Positions 37,656 through 48,015 of a stretch of 62,349 nt of DNA are shown here, one piece after another. The notes under the pieces are model-generated. The model did not search any database. It was not told where the DNA came from and was given only the letters and a program-made list of their open reading frames with translations. A program made the translations under genes and the position numbers. The DNA is taken from positions 1 to 62,349 of the forward strand of contig JAFXAJ010000053.1 of assembly GCA_017517145.1 (NCBI GenBank). The letters are read 5' to 3'. Position 1 is the stretch's first letter; each line of letters begins with the position of its first letter. The stretch is from Ruminococcus sp. (GTDB taxonomy: Bacteria > Bacillota > Clostridia > Oscillospirales > Ruminococcaceae).

Positions 37656-38102
37656 ATGAAAAATAATCGTCATGACGCAATACTCGAAATTATAAACGAT
37701 ATTCCGGTTTCAACGCAGGAGCAGCTTATAGAAATTCTTGGTGAAAGGGGAATATCCGTAACTCAGGCTACACTTTCACGTGATATTCAGCAGCTTTCTC
37801 TTGTGAAACTCCGTGATGAAAAAGGAGTATACAGATATGTTCTTCCTCCCGCAGCAGCAGTGGAAAAAGGTGTTTTTGCGGAAGCCGTAATAGATGTGGA
37901 TTATGCGCTGAATACAATTGTTCTGAAATGCCGTGCAGGAATGGCACAGGGTACTTGTGCAGCAATAGATTCTGTCAGACATGAAGGCGTAGTAGGAACA
38001 ATTGCCGGAGATGACACAATATTCATACTTGTCCGCAGTGAAGCAGATGCAAAAAAACTGGCAAAAAAATTCAGGAATGATTTGGGAAATCAATTACGCT
38101 GA
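37656..38102 (+). CDS. argR: Arginine repressor
   Basis: TQATLSRDI HTH, GTIAGDDTI. Confidence 0.95.
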   Translation: MKNNRHDAILEIINDIPVSTQEQLIEILGERGISVTQATLSRDIQQLSLVKLRDEKGVYRYVLPPAAAVEKGVFAEAVIDVDYALNTIVLKCRAGMAQGTCAAIDSVRHEGVVGTIAGDDTIFILVRSEADAKKLAKKFRNDLGNQLR

Positions 38103-38128
38103 TTGAGAGGAAAGCAGGTCAATAGTAA

Positions 38129-39790
38129 ATGTTAAAAGAGCTTTATATCAGAAATCTGGCGGTAATAAGGGAAGCTGTAATACCGCTGGAAAAAAGGCTT
38201 AATATTTTCACCGGTGAAACAGGTGCAGGAAAATCCATACTTATAAACGGAATAAATGCAGTCCTCGGACAGAGATGCAGTAAGGATATTGTCCGTACAG
38301 GCTGTGATAAAGCAATAGTAACAGCCCTTTTTACAGAGCTGTCGGAAAATGTCTGCCGCAAGCTGGACGAACTGGGCATTGAACACGAAAACAGTGAGAT
38401 TACCGTTTCACGTGAGATAAATGCAGACGGCGGCAGTGTGGCACGTATAAACAGCAGAACAGCTTCCGCATCTTTACTGAAAGAAATCGGAAGCCTTATG
38501 ATAAATATACATGGTCAGCATGATAACCAGATACTTCTGGACAGCGAAAGACACATGGAAATACTTGATGATTTCGGCGGTGATAACAGTTTGCTTGAGG
38601 AGTATCGGGTTACTTTCCGTGAACTGCAGCAGACTGCCCGAAAGCTTGGAGAACTGAAAAAGCAGGAGAAAAACCGTATTGAGCGTATACGTCATCTCAG
38701 CGAAATTGTCAGTGACATTGGTGTTCTTGAACTTGAAGCAGGTGAGGACGATGCACTGGAAAAGGAATATGCAGCCGCAAACAGCTCCCAGCGAACTATA
38801 TCGGCTATAAAAGCCGCAGTACAGGCGATAAACGGTGATGATGCTGCCAATGATATGATAGCGGCGGCAGAGGGTGAGATTTCTTCAATTGCTGATGATT
38901 CAGCGGAAATACAGGCACTTTACGACAGATTATCCGCCGTTGAAATTGAACTTTCGGATATTGCCGCAGAACTTGAAAAAGTGGCAGACAAAGCAGAGCT
39001 TGACGGTCAGCGTGTAGAATATCTTCGTGAGCGTCTCAGTGTCATAAACAAGGTTAAAAGGAAATATATGGCGGATTCTGCTGAATTGGTAAAAATGTAT
39101 GACAGCGCCTGCCATGAGCTTACACAACTTGAAGGCAGTGATGATGAAATTAAAATTCTTGCAGAAAAACGTGAACAGCTTCTCCATAAAGTTACGGAGC
39201 AGGCAAAGGCTCTTTATGACTACCGTGAAAAAACAGCAGAACGTTTTGTGAAAAGAGTTACGGAAGAACTGGAATTTCTCAATATGGCTGGAGTTATCCT
39301 TGCTGTACGCCATGAAAAAGGAAAGCTTACTGTAAGCGGAATGGATACAGTAGAATTTCTTATATCCGCCAATAAGGGTGAAGAACCTAAGCCTATTTCA
39401 AAAATTGCGTCGGGGGGCGAGTTATCCCGTGTTATGCTTGCACTGAAAAGCGTCATAGCGGACAAGGATAGCATTGATACCATGATTTTTGATGAAATAG
39501 ATACAGGAGTAAGCGGCAAGGCTGCTCAGAAAATCGGTATAAAACTAAAGGAAATCGGCAAAGTGCGTCAGGTTATATGCGTTACTCATTTGTCGCAGAT
39601 TGCGGTTATGGCGGATAATCACCTGATGATTGAAAAAAATATTGTGGACGGCAGAACGGAAACTTCTGTTACACAGCTTGATTTCAACGGTCGGACAGCT
39701 GAAATAGCCCGAATTATGGGCGGAGATAATCCGGGAAATCTCGTTATGAAAGCAGCAGAAGATGAACTTAGAAAGGCGGCAGAGTTATGA
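38129..39790 (+). CDS. recN: DNA repair protein RecN
   Basis: TGETGAGKS, IHGQHD, ASGGELSR, FDEIDTGVSG. Confidence 0.95.
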   Translation: MLKELYIRNLAVIREAVIPLEKRLNIFTGETGAGKSILINGINAVLGQRCSKDIVRTGCDKAIVTALFTELSENVCRKLDELGIEHENSEITVSREINADGGSVARINSRTASASLLKEIGSLMINIHGQHDNQILLDSERHMEILDDFGGDNSLLEEYRVTFRELQQTARKLGELKKQEKNRIERIRHLSEIVSDIGVLELEAGEDDALEKEYAAANSSQRTISAIKAAVQAINGDDAANDMIAAAEGEISSIADDSAEIQALYDRLSAVEIELSDIAAELEKVADKAELDGQRVEYLRERLSVINKVKRKYMADSAELVKMYDSACHELTQLEGSDDEIKILAEKREQLLHKVTEQAKALYDYREKTAERFVKRVTEELEFLNMAGVILAVRHEKGKLTVSGMDTVEFLISANKGEEPKPISKIASGGELSRVMLALKSVIADKDSIDTMIFDEIDTGVSGKAAQKIGIKLKEIGKVRQVICVTHLSQIAVMADNHLMIEKNIVDGRTETSVTQLDFNGRTAEIARIMGGDNPGNLVMKAAEDELRKAAEL

Positions 39791-40323
39791 AAATCTATTC
39801 AGCAAGACATGGACAGACTGATTATAATAAGGAAGATTTGATTCTTGGATGTACTGATTTGCCGTTAAATTCTACCGGATTGGCTCAGGCGGCTGAGTTT
39901 GCTGATGCTGTTGAAGCTTTAAGAGATGTGGATATTATCATAGCTTCACCAATGAAAAGAGCGCAGACAACAGCAATGGCAGCCGCTGAAAAATGCGGTA
40001 TCAGTATAATAACCGATGAAAGACTCCGTGAATGGAATTACGGTGACTATGAGGGCAAAACACGATATGCCGAGGGATTTGCAGAAAATAAAAGGGAATT
40101 TGGCGTAAAAATGGGCAGCAGCGGAGAATCTCTTTTGCAGCTGAGCCACAGGGTATATTCACTTCTGGATGAAGTGATTGAGAAATATCAGGGCAAAAAT
40201 GTGCTTCTGGTAAGTCACGGCGGAGTATGCCGTGTTATAGAGACATATTTTCATGATATGACAACCGAGGAATACAGCGGCTGGTTCATGGGAAATTGTC
40301 AGATTATAGAGTATAATGCGTAA
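39787..40323 (+). CDS. Histidine phosphatase (phosphoglycerate mutase) family protein
   Basis: RHGQT, SPMKRA, LRE, SHGG. Confidence 0.88.
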   Translation: MKIYSARHGQTDYNKEDLILGCTDLPLNSTGLAQAAEFADAVEALRDVDIIIASPMKRAQTTAMAAAEKCGISIITDERLREWNYGDYEGKTRYAEGFAENKREFGVKMGSSGESLLQLSHRVYSLLDEVIEKYQGKNVLLVSHGGVCRVIETYFHDMTTEEYSGWFMGNCQIIEYNA

Positions 40324-40352
40324 TTTGGCGCTTATGGAAAGAGGATAAAAAT

Positions 40353-42278
40353 ATGAGAGTCGGAGTTGATTATTATCCCGAACAATGGGACAGAGCGTTC
40401 TGGGAATCCGATGCGGAAGCTATGGCAAGAACAGGCGTTAAGTTTGTGCGTATGGGTGAATCGGCATGGTATGAGCTTGAGCCTGAGGAAAGTATGTACG
40501 AAATGGAATGGCTCACTAAGGCGATACACGCCTTTTCTAAACGCAGAATAGGTACGGTTCTATGTATTCCTACGGATAATCCGCCATTGTGGATGTACGA
40601 AAAGCACCCTGAAATTGCAGGTACAGGAGCTGACGGCAGGGAGGTATTGTGTATAAATTCCCCTGATTACCGTGATTATGCCAAAAGATTGGCAAAAGCT
40701 CTCGTGCATGTTTTTTCGGGGAATACTTCTGTTGTGGCATGGCAGGTCGGACGTAATACGACGGTTTCAGAATGTACCTGCGAGGCTTGCTGCGGAAAAT
40801 TCCGTCAGTGGCTTATTGAAAAATACGGTTCTCTTGAAAAAATAAATAAGATTTCAGGTGCGAAGTTCAGCCGTATATCGCAGATAAGCCCCATAAGAAG
40901 CAAAAAGGGACTGTGGAATGAGCCGACTCTGAGGCTTGACTGGTATCGTTTCTGTTCATCATGTTCGGTTGAACTTGTTCATGATATAACGACAATGATA
41001 CGTTATGAGAATCCCAATGCAATTGTTACAGCAAGCACATCTTCTGAGGAAATTTCACCTGATTACCGCAAGCTTTATAAGGTGCTTGATGTGGCGGCAT
41101 ACAATAATTATCCTCCTGTAGCCTTATCAGAAAATGTTCATTCAAACGCCTTTGAGCTTGACCTTATGAGAGGAATCAAAGGCGGTAATTTCTGGGCAAT
41201 GGAACAGCTTAGCGGTTCACGAGAGGAAAATGGTGTGCTGACTCCTGCGCCTAAAAAAGGCATGATTATGGGCTATGGTATGCAGGCTATGGTTCGTGGA
41301 GCGGATCTGGTTTTCCATTATCGCTGGAGAAGTCCTGTTCGTGGCGGTGATGTTTCTTCTCAGGGAATACTCGGTCACGGAAGCATACCCAACAGCAGAT
41401 TTAAGGAATTTTCTGAGCTTTGCAGAAGTGCGGAAAAACTTAGATTTCTTGAAAATACGCAGATTGCACCACAGGCAGCGATTATATATTCTCCCGAATC
41501 GGCGGCTGCTTTCGGAGTTGAACCGCAGGGAGAAGGCATGAGCTATATCAATCATCTGAAGGAATTTCACCGTGCTCTGACAGGACTGGGGGCGAATGTA
41601 GATGTGATTCTGCCTCATTCAGACCTTTCGGCATATAAGCTTGTAATTGCGCCGTCACTTTATGTAAACAATAAAAAAACAGTTGAGAATCTATACAATT
41701 ATACAGTAAACGGCGGTACAGTTGTGCTTACTGCTGGATGCGGCGTTAAAGATGAATGTAATAACTTTATTGCGGAAACTCTGCCGACAGTTTACAAGGA
41801 ACTGATAGGTGCGGAAGTAGTGGAGTATAATCCCATAGGCAGAGAAAACGTGAAAATACGAGACTTTGCAGGAAATGAGTTTGCCTGCGGAAAATGGTGT
41901 GATATTCTTCATACTGTAAGTGCAAGGGCGTATGCCATGTACAGCGGCGGCGATTATGACGGACTGCCTTCGGTGACTATGAATCGTTATTTCAAAGGTG
42001 TTGCTTACTACGTCGGCACAATATGCGAAAATGACTTTTACAGGGATTTTATGTCAAATTTGTTGATGCAGACAGGAATTCCAAGGCTTGAAGGGCTTGA
42101 CGATGGTGTCGAAGTCATCACCAGAACAGAGAGCAGGGGAGATTATATCTGCTTTTTCAACAGCTCTGAAAAAAATGTCAGTGTTCCGCTGCCTAAGCCT
42201 ATGTTCAGTGTAATAAGCGAAAGAGAGCTTTCAGTACTTGAACTTACGCCCTTTAAAATGGAGATTGTGAGGAAATAA
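40353..42278 (+). CDS. GH42 beta-galactosidase-like protein with degenerate active site
   Basis: GVDYYPEQW, Zn Cys cluster CTCEAC, FWAMEQ, trimerisation domain; acid/base motif reads WQVGRN. Confidence 0.8.
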   Translation: MRVGVDYYPEQWDRAFWESDAEAMARTGVKFVRMGESAWYELEPEESMYEMEWLTKAIHAFSKRRIGTVLCIPTDNPPLWMYEKHPEIAGTGADGREVLCINSPDYRDYAKRLAKALVHVFSGNTSVVAWQVGRNTTVSECTCEACCGKFRQWLIEKYGSLEKINKISGAKFSRISQISPIRSKKGLWNEPTLRLDWYRFCSSCSVELVHDITTMIRYENPNAIVTASTSSEEISPDYRKLYKVLDVAAYNNYPPVALSENVHSNAFELDLMRGIKGGNFWAMEQLSGSREENGVLTPAPKKGMIMGYGMQAMVRGADLVFHYRWRSPVRGGDVSSQGILGHGSIPNSRFKEFSELCRSAEKLRFLENTQIAPQAAIIYSPESAAAFGVEPQGEGMSYINHLKEFHRALTGLGANVDVILPHSDLSAYKLVIAPSLYVNNKKTVENLYNYTVNGGTVVLTAGCGVKDECNNFIAETLPTVYKELIGAEVVEYNPIGRENVKIRDFAGNEFACGKWCDILHTVSARAYAMYSGGDYDGLPSVTMNRYFKGVAYYVGTICENDFYRDFMSNLLMQTGIPRLEGLDDGVEVITRTESRGDYICFFNSSEKNVSVPLPKPMFSVISERELSVLELTPFKMEIVRK

Positions 42279-42280
42279 AA

Positions 42281-42699
42281 TTGCGTATTGTTTTACAGCG
42301 GGTAAATTCTGCTGATGTTACCGTTGCCGGAAAAATATGCGGCAAAATCGAAAAAGGCTATCTTGTCAGGGGGACAGCGAGGATGATTGCCGTCGTCTTG
42401 CGGATAAGATTATAAATCTGCGGATTTTCTCCGATGAGAATTATAAGATTAATCTTTCTCTGGGAGATGTTGACGGGGAACTTCTTGTTGTATCGCAGTT
42501 TACCCTTTATGCCGATTGCCGCAAAGGAAATCGTCCGAATTTTATACAGGCAGGAAAACCTGATGAAGCTGAAAGGCTTTATAATTATTTTGTAGAATAC
42601 TGCCGCAGCAAAGGAAAACACGTTGAAACGGGCATATTCGGGGCGGATATGAAAGTTCGTCTTGAAAATGACGGTCCGTTCACGGTAGTTCTGGAGTAA
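42281..42699 (+). pseudogene. dtd: D-aminoacyl-tRNA deacylase, frameshifted near 42365
   Basis: TTG 42281 frame gives MRIVLQRV...KGYLV; a second frame gives QGDS...[23 protein letters not shown]; the expected LLGV segment is missing. Confidence 0.85.
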
Positions 42700-42750
42700 T
42701 ATAGCGTATAATTTCCGTAAATCGGCAGAAAATATTGCCGAGGTGATGTT

Positions 42751-44343
42751 ATGCGCAAACGTGGAGAGCATGGGGTAATTATCCTTATCGCTATGTTTTT
42801 TCTCCTGTTTTTTGGGATTTCGCTCAGTTTTTTCGGCTTATCCCAGAAAAAGGAATATGTACGTACCGCCGCCGAAAGTTCCTTCGTGACCATTCATGCA
42901 GGAGACAGCGGCGGTACAATTTTTGACAGGAATTTTATTCCGCTGACAAATACAGATACCCGTATATCAGCAATTGCAGTTCCTTCGGAGATTTCTTTTG
43001 GTGAACTGAAAGAGTATGCAGTCAATCCGTCCGAAGTTAAGGAATTGTATGAAAAAGGCGAGCCGTTTGCATTTGAGTGTACAAAAATTGGCGAAGATTC
43101 ACAGGGATTAACTTTTTTTGAGATTCCCGAAAGATATGGAAATGAAATAACTGCCCCTCATGTTATCGGCTATATTTCAGACGGAAATGGTGTAAGCGGT
43201 CTGGAATACGCCTACGACAGAATTCTCCGCAGCGGCAGTGTAGAAAACAGCGTGACCTATTCAACAGACGGATTCGGACATATCCTTATCGGTAATGGAA
43301 AGGATGTAATCCGCAGTAAAAAACATAAAACAGGTGTTGTTACCACTCTTGACAGCAGAATTCAGAAAATATGCGAAAAAGCAGGGGCATCTCTGAAAAA
43401 GGGCGCAGTGATAGTATCCGATGTAAAAAAAGGCGAAATACTGGGAATGGCAAGTTTTCCCACATACGACACGGATAATCTTGCCGCTGCTTTTTCAGAT
43501 GAGGACAGCCCCATGATAAACCGCTGTCTATACTCATTTAGTGTTGGTTCAATATTTAAACTTGTCACTGCCTGTGAGGGAATAAATGAGGGACAGTCAA
43601 ACTTTATGGGCAGCTGTCGTGGTGTATACAATGTGGGAAATCTCAGATTCGGCTGTCATGACAAAAAAGGACACGGTATTCAGGAAATGGGAGACGCTAT
43701 GGCAAATTCCTGCAATCCCTATTTTATAAGTCTCGGTCAGTGCCTTGATTTGCAGCAGTACCGCAGTTTAGCCTATAACTTGGGTTTCGGGCGTGAAATT
43801 CATCTCAGCACAGGAATCATATCGTCGGCAGGAACTCTCCCTTCTATTGATGAACTTCGGGTACCGGGTGAGCTTGCAAATTTTTCATTCGGACAAGGAA
43901 AGCTTACAGCAACTCCGCTGCAGATTAATCAGATGACCTGTGCAATTGCCAATGGCGGTGAGCTTATCATGCTTCGGCTTATAAGGGGAATTACTCTTGA
44001 CGGTACATCAGTGGGAAATGAGAAGCTGCCCCTTAATTCAAGGGTTATTTCGGAGGATACAACAAAACAGCTTCGTAAAATGATGATAGGTGCGATATAT
44101 AACAATGAGAATTCTAAAGCTGCGCCTACTCTTGTACGTGCAGGTGCAAAGACATCTACAGCCCAGACGGGTATATTCGATGAAAAGGGCGAGGAGCTGT
44201 GTCACGGTTGGATTACAGGATTTTTCCCTGCCAGTGCGCCGAGATATGCTGTAACCGTTCTTGCTGAACACGGTGGTTTCGGCAATGATTCCGCAGCACC
44301 CGTATTCAGGGAAATAGTTGACGAAATGATGAAAATGAAGTAG
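42751..44343 (+). CDS. Class B penicillin-binding protein (transpeptidase), possibly sporulation-related
   Basis: N-terminal TM; GSIFK (SxxK), SCN (SxN), KTSTAQ (KTG variant). Confidence 0.85.
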   Translation: MRKRGEHGVIILIAMFFLLFFGISLSFFGLSQKKEYVRTAAESSFVTIHAGDSGGTIFDRNFIPLTNTDTRISAIAVPSEISFGELKEYAVNPSEVKELYEKGEPFAFECTKIGEDSQGLTFFEIPERYGNEITAPHVIGYISDGNGVSGLEYAYDRILRSGSVENSVTYSTDGFGHILIGNGKDVIRSKKHKTGVVTTLDSRIQKICEKAGASLKKGAVIVSDVKKGEILGMASFPTYDTDNLAAAFSDEDSPMINRCLYSFSVGSIFKLVTACEGINEGQSNFMGSCRGVYNVGNLRFGCHDKKGHGIQEMGDAMANSCNPYFISLGQCLDLQQYRSLAYNLGFGREIHLSTGIISSAGTLPSIDELRVPGELANFSFGQGKLTATPLQINQMTCAIANGGELIMLRLIRGITLDGTSVGNEKLPLNSRVISEDTTKQLRKMMIGAIYNNENSKAAPTLVRAGAKTSTAQTGIFDEKGEELCHGWITGFFPASAPRYAVTVLAEHGGFGNDSAAPVFREIVDEMMKMK

Positions 44344-44370
44344 AATATCCTATTTTTTTCGCCAAAAGCC

Positions 44371-44399
44371 TTGACAATTTGCCGGATCAGCACTATAAT
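44371..44399 (+). promoter_or_regulatory. Sigma-A promoter of alaS operon
   Basis: Perfect TTGACA-17 bp-TATAAT. Confidence 0.8.
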
Positions 44400-44465
44400 A
44401 ATATTGTGTGGGTTTTTGTACCCTTTTATTTTGTGCGCCGTAAGGCGAAAAAGGAGAATTATTTT

Positions 44466-47093
44466 ATGAAATGGACAGGTTTAAACGACCTTCGTGAAAA
44501 ATATCTTTCTTTCTTTGAAAGTAAGAATCATACAAGAATGGCAAGCGCTTCCCTTGTTCCTCAGGGGGACAAGAGCCTTCTTCTTATAAATTCCGGCATG
44601 GCGCCTCTCAAGAAGTTCTTCCTCGGACAGGCAGTTCCTCCCAACGTGAGAGTAACTACCTGCCAGAAATGTATCAGAACTCCTGATATTGAAAGCGTAG
44701 GAAAAACAGCTCGTCACGGCACATACTTTGAAATGCTTGGAAACTTCTCTTTCGGTGACTATTTCAAGGCTGAGGCTATTGAATGGGCATGGGAATTTCT
44801 TACAGGAACTCTTGAAATCCCTGCTGACCGCCTCTGGATTACGATATACGAGAGCGATGACGAAGCAGAACAGCTCTGGATGAACAATATCGGAATCCCT
44901 AAGGACAGAATTATCCGTCTTGGTAAGAAGGATAACTTCTGGGAACATGGTTCAGGTCCCTGCGGTCCTTGCAGTGAGATTCACTTTGACCGTGGTGATT
45001 CCTACGGTCCTTTCGAGAACTTCGAGCAGGCAAGCGATATTGACCGTGTAATTGAAATCTGGAATCTTGTATTCAGTCAGTTCGACAGTGACGGAAACGG
45101 CACATATACAGAAATGGAAAACAAGAACATCGACACAGGTATGGGACTTGAAAGACTTGCTTGTGTAATGCAGGGTGTTGACAACATCTTCGAGGTTGAC
45201 ACAGTTCAGAACATTATGAAGCACATCTCCTCAATTGCAGGAGTATCATACAAGACAGACGCAAAGACAGACGTTTCTCTCCGTGTTATTACCGACCATA
45301 TCAGAAGTACAACATTCATGGTTGGCGACGGCATTCTGCCTTCTAATGAGGGCAGAGGATACGTTCTCCGCCGTCTGTTAAGACGTGCTGCCCGTCACGG
45401 CAGACTTTTAGGCATTACCCGTCCTTTCCTCTGCGAAGTATGCGACACTGTTATCAATGAAAATGCAGGTGCATATCCTGAGCTTGCTGAAAAGCGTGAC
45501 TACATCAAGAAGATTATCGGCGTTGAGGAAGAAGCTTTTGCAAAGACAGTAGATAAGGGTACAGAAATGCTTAACAGCTACACTGCTGCACTTGCTGAAA
45601 ACGGCGGAACTGTTCTTTCAGGTGATGATGCATTCAGACTTTCAGATACATACGGATTCCCAATTGACCTTACAATTGAGATTTGTGAGGAAAAGGGACT
45701 TACTGTTGACGTAGAGCGTTTCAGAGAGCTTGCACAGGAGCAGAGAGCAAAGGCAAAGGCTGACCACCTTGCAAAGGCTGGCTCATCATGGGCTGACAAC
45801 AGCATAAAAGTAGAAGCTCCCAAGACAGTATTTACAGGATATACAGATTTTACAGCAGAATCTGAGATTCTTGCTATCTACAAGGACGGTGCTGAGGTTG
45901 AAGCTGCAAACGAGGGTGATGACGTTGTTATCGTTCTCGACAAAACACCTTTCTATGCTGAAAGCGGCGGACAGGTAGGCGATATCGGTACAATCGGTGA
46001 CGGTGCAAACACAGCTGCTGTTGCTGATACAATAAAATCTGAGGGACACTTCCTCCACATCGCATCTGTTACAGAGGGTACACTTACAAAGGGCGGCAAG
46101 GTTACAGCTGCTATTGACAGCGACAGACGTATGGCAATCATGAAGAATCATACATCTGCACATCTTCTCCAGTATGCTCTCCGTGAGGTTCTCGGTGATC
46201 ACGTACATCAGGCAGGACAGCTTGTAAACGATAAGGCTTGCCGTTTTGACTTCAACCATTTCAGCGGACTTACAGCTGAGGAAATTGCAAAGGTTGAAGC
46301 TCTTGTAAATGCTGAAATTATGAAGGCACTCCCTGTTACTATGGAGGAAATGCCCATAGACGAAGCAAGAAAGCTCGGAGCTATGGCTCTGTTCGGTGAG
46401 AAATACGGCGATACTGTACGTGTTGTAACTGCTGATAATTCCGTTGAATTCTGCGGCGGTACACATATTTCCAATACAGCACAGATTGGACTTTTCAGAA
46501 TCGTATCCGAAAGCTCTGTTGCAGCCGGTGTAAGACGTATTGAGGCTGTTACAGGCATGGGAGTACTTGAACTTCTCAATGAATACAAGAATACAATTGT
46601 AAAGGCAGCAGGGGCATTGAAGCTTGCCAACATAAATGAACTTCCCGAAAAGTGCGCAGCTGTTACAGCTGAACTCAAGGAGAAGGAAAAGGCTCTTGAA
46701 AGCCTTGCTCAGCAGGCAGCTAATGCAAAGGCTGCGGCTATGTTTGATAATGCTGTTGATGTTAACGGTGTAAAGGTAATCGCTGCAAGAGCTGACGGAA
46801 CTGCTCCCGATGCTCTCCGTAAAATGGGCGACAGCGTAAAGGATAAGGCTGAGGCTATTATCGCTCTCTTTGCAGGTGTAAACGGCGAAAAGGGCACACT
46901 TTACTGTGTATGTACAGCAGCTGCTCTTGAAAAGGGTGCTCATGCAGGAAAAATGGTGCAGAAAGCTGCTGCTGTTACAGGCGGTAAGGGCGGCGGACGT
47001 CCTGACAGCGCAATGGCTGGTATGGGCGATGTTGCAAAGGCTGATGAAGCTGTAGCTTCATTTGCTGAAATAGTTAAAGAATTTGTAAAATAA
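44466..47093 (+). CDS. alaS: Alanine--tRNA ligase
   Basis: ATG 44466 with AAGGAG RBS; NSGMAPLK, TYFEMLGNFSFGDYFK, IDTGMGLER, HTSAHLL, EFCGGTH, GGKGGGRPD. Confidence 0.97.
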   Translation: MKWTGLNDLREKYLSFFESKNHTRMASASLVPQGDKSLLLINSGMAPLKKFFLGQAVPPNVRVTTCQKCIRTPDIESVGKTARHGTYFEMLGNFSFGDYFKAEAIEWAWEFLTGTLEIPADRLWITIYESDDEAEQLWMNNIGIPKDRIIRLGKKDNFWEHGSGPCGPCSEIHFDRGDSYGPFENFEQASDIDRVIEIWNLVFSQFDSDGNGTYTEMENKNIDTGMGLERLACVMQGVDNIFEVDTVQNIMKHISSIAGVSYKTDAKTDVSLRVITDHIRSTTFMVGDGILPSNEGRGYVLRRLLRRAARHGRLLGITRPFLCEVCDTVINENAGAYPELAEKRDYIKKIIGVEEEAFAKTVDKGTEMLNSYTAALAENGGTVLSGDDAFRLSDTYGFPIDLTIEICEEKGLTVDVERFRELAQEQRAKAKADHLAKAGSSWADNSIKVEAPKTVFTGYTDFTAESEILAIYKDGAEVEAANEGDDVVIVLDKTPFYAESGGQVGDIGTIGDGANTAAVADTIKSEGHFLHIASVTEGTLTKGGKVTAAIDSDRRMAIMKNHTSAHLLQYALREVLGDHVHQAGQLVNDKACRFDFNHFSGLTAEEIAKVEALVNAEIMKALPVTMEEMPIDEARKLGAMALFGEKYGDTVRVVTADNSVEFCGGTHISNTAQIGLFRIVSESSVAAGVRRIEAVTGMGVLELLNEYKNTIVKAAGALKLANINELPEKCAAVTAELKEKEKALESLAQQAANAKAAAMFDNAVDVNGVKVIAARADGTAPDALRKMGDSVKDKAEAIIALFAGVNGEKGTLYCVCTAAALEKGAHAGKMVQKAAAVTGGKGGGRPDSAMAGMGDVAKADEAVASFAEIVKEFVK

Positions 47094-47104
47094 GGAGAAT
47101 AACT

Positions 47105-47458
47105 ATGGACTGCTTATTCTGTAAAATCATAAATGGCGAAATTCCATCTGCAAAGGTATATGAGGACGAGTACGTTTTCAGCTTCAAGGACATTGCTCCC
47201 ATAGCTCCCGTACACTATCTCATAGTGCCTAAGGAGCATATCTGCTGTGCAAATGAGGTAAACGAATCAAATTCAGCTGTTATCGCAAAGGTATTCGAGG
47301 CGGCTGCTAAAATTGCAAAGGCAGAGGGAATCGAAAGCTATCGTATAATCAACAACTGCGGCGATGACGCAGGTCAGACTGTAAAGCATATTCATTTTCA
47401 TCTGCTGGCGGGTGTGAAAATGGGCTGGGGACCTGAGTCTCTGGGCAAAACTGAATAA
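47105..47458 (+). CDS. HIT family nucleotide-binding protein
   Basis: CLFCKI, GQTVKHIHFHLL histidine triad. Confidence 0.92.
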   Translation: MDCLFCKIINGEIPSAKVYEDEYVFSFKDIAPIAPVHYLIVPKEHICCANEVNESNSAVIAKVFEAAAKIAKAEGIESYRIINNCGDDAGQTVKHIHFHLLAGVKMGWGPESLGKTE

Positions 47459-47472
47459 TCGGGGGATAAGCT

Positions 47473-48012
47473 ATGGCAGGCGTATATAAAATGACCATTG
47501 CAGGGCTGGAGCGTGAGCTCCCCCTGTGCCCCCTTAATGAAAAGCTTGATATTGCGGCATTTGTAATGTTTTCTGATGTGGAGCTTACTGTAAAATCGGC
47601 GGAGGCACTTCTTGAAAAGTGCCCCGACTTTGATGTTATTCTTACAGCGGAGTCAAAGGGTATCCCCCTTGGCTATGAAATGGCAAGACAGTGTGGAAAG
47701 CCTTATGTTGTTGCAAGAAAATCCATAAAACTTTACATGAGTGAGCCGATTTCCGTAACTGTTAAATCAATTACTACATCAAAGGAGCAGACGCTTTACC
47801 TTTCCGCAGAAAAAGCTGCTATGATTAAGGGCAAGCGTGTTCTTGTGGTGGATGACGTTATCAGTACCGGCGAATCCCTGAAAGCTCTTGAAAAGCTTGT
47901 CGAAGGTGCAGGAGGAGAAATAGCGGCAGAAGCAGCAGTTCTCGCAGAGGGCGACGCTGCGGACAGAACCGATATAATCTTCCTCGAAAAGCTGCCCTTG
48001 TTTTTTAAGTAA
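47473..48012 (+). CDS. Purine (adenine-like) phosphoribosyltransferase
   Basis: AESKGI, ARK, VVDDVISTGES PRPP motif. Confidence 0.82.
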   Translation: MAGVYKMTIAGLERELPLCPLNEKLDIAAFVMFSDVELTVKSAEALLEKCPDFDVILTAESKGIPLGYEMARQCGKPYVVARKSIKLYMSEPISVTVKSITTSKEQTLYLSAEKAAMIKGKRVLVVDDVISTGESLKALEKLVEGAGGEIAAEAAVLAEGDAADRTDIIFLEKLPLFFK

Positions 48013-48015
48013 ATT

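Noticed and set aside
42337-42699. 120-aa ORF as a complete stand-alone dtd
   Set aside because: Lacks the conserved N-terminal QRV motif, which is encoded upstream in another frame from TTG 42281.
44150-44158. KTS instead of KTG in the PBP as a sign of inactivation
   Set aside because: SxxK and SxN are intact and the Lys-Thr pair is retained; not enough to call it a pseudo-enzyme.
45786-46943. 385-aa antisense ORF inside alaS (and similar antisense ORFs in ackA, the SBP gene, recN and oad genes)
   Set aside because: Shadow frames of strongly codon-biased genes; Ser/Cys/Phe-rich, no RBS or motifs.
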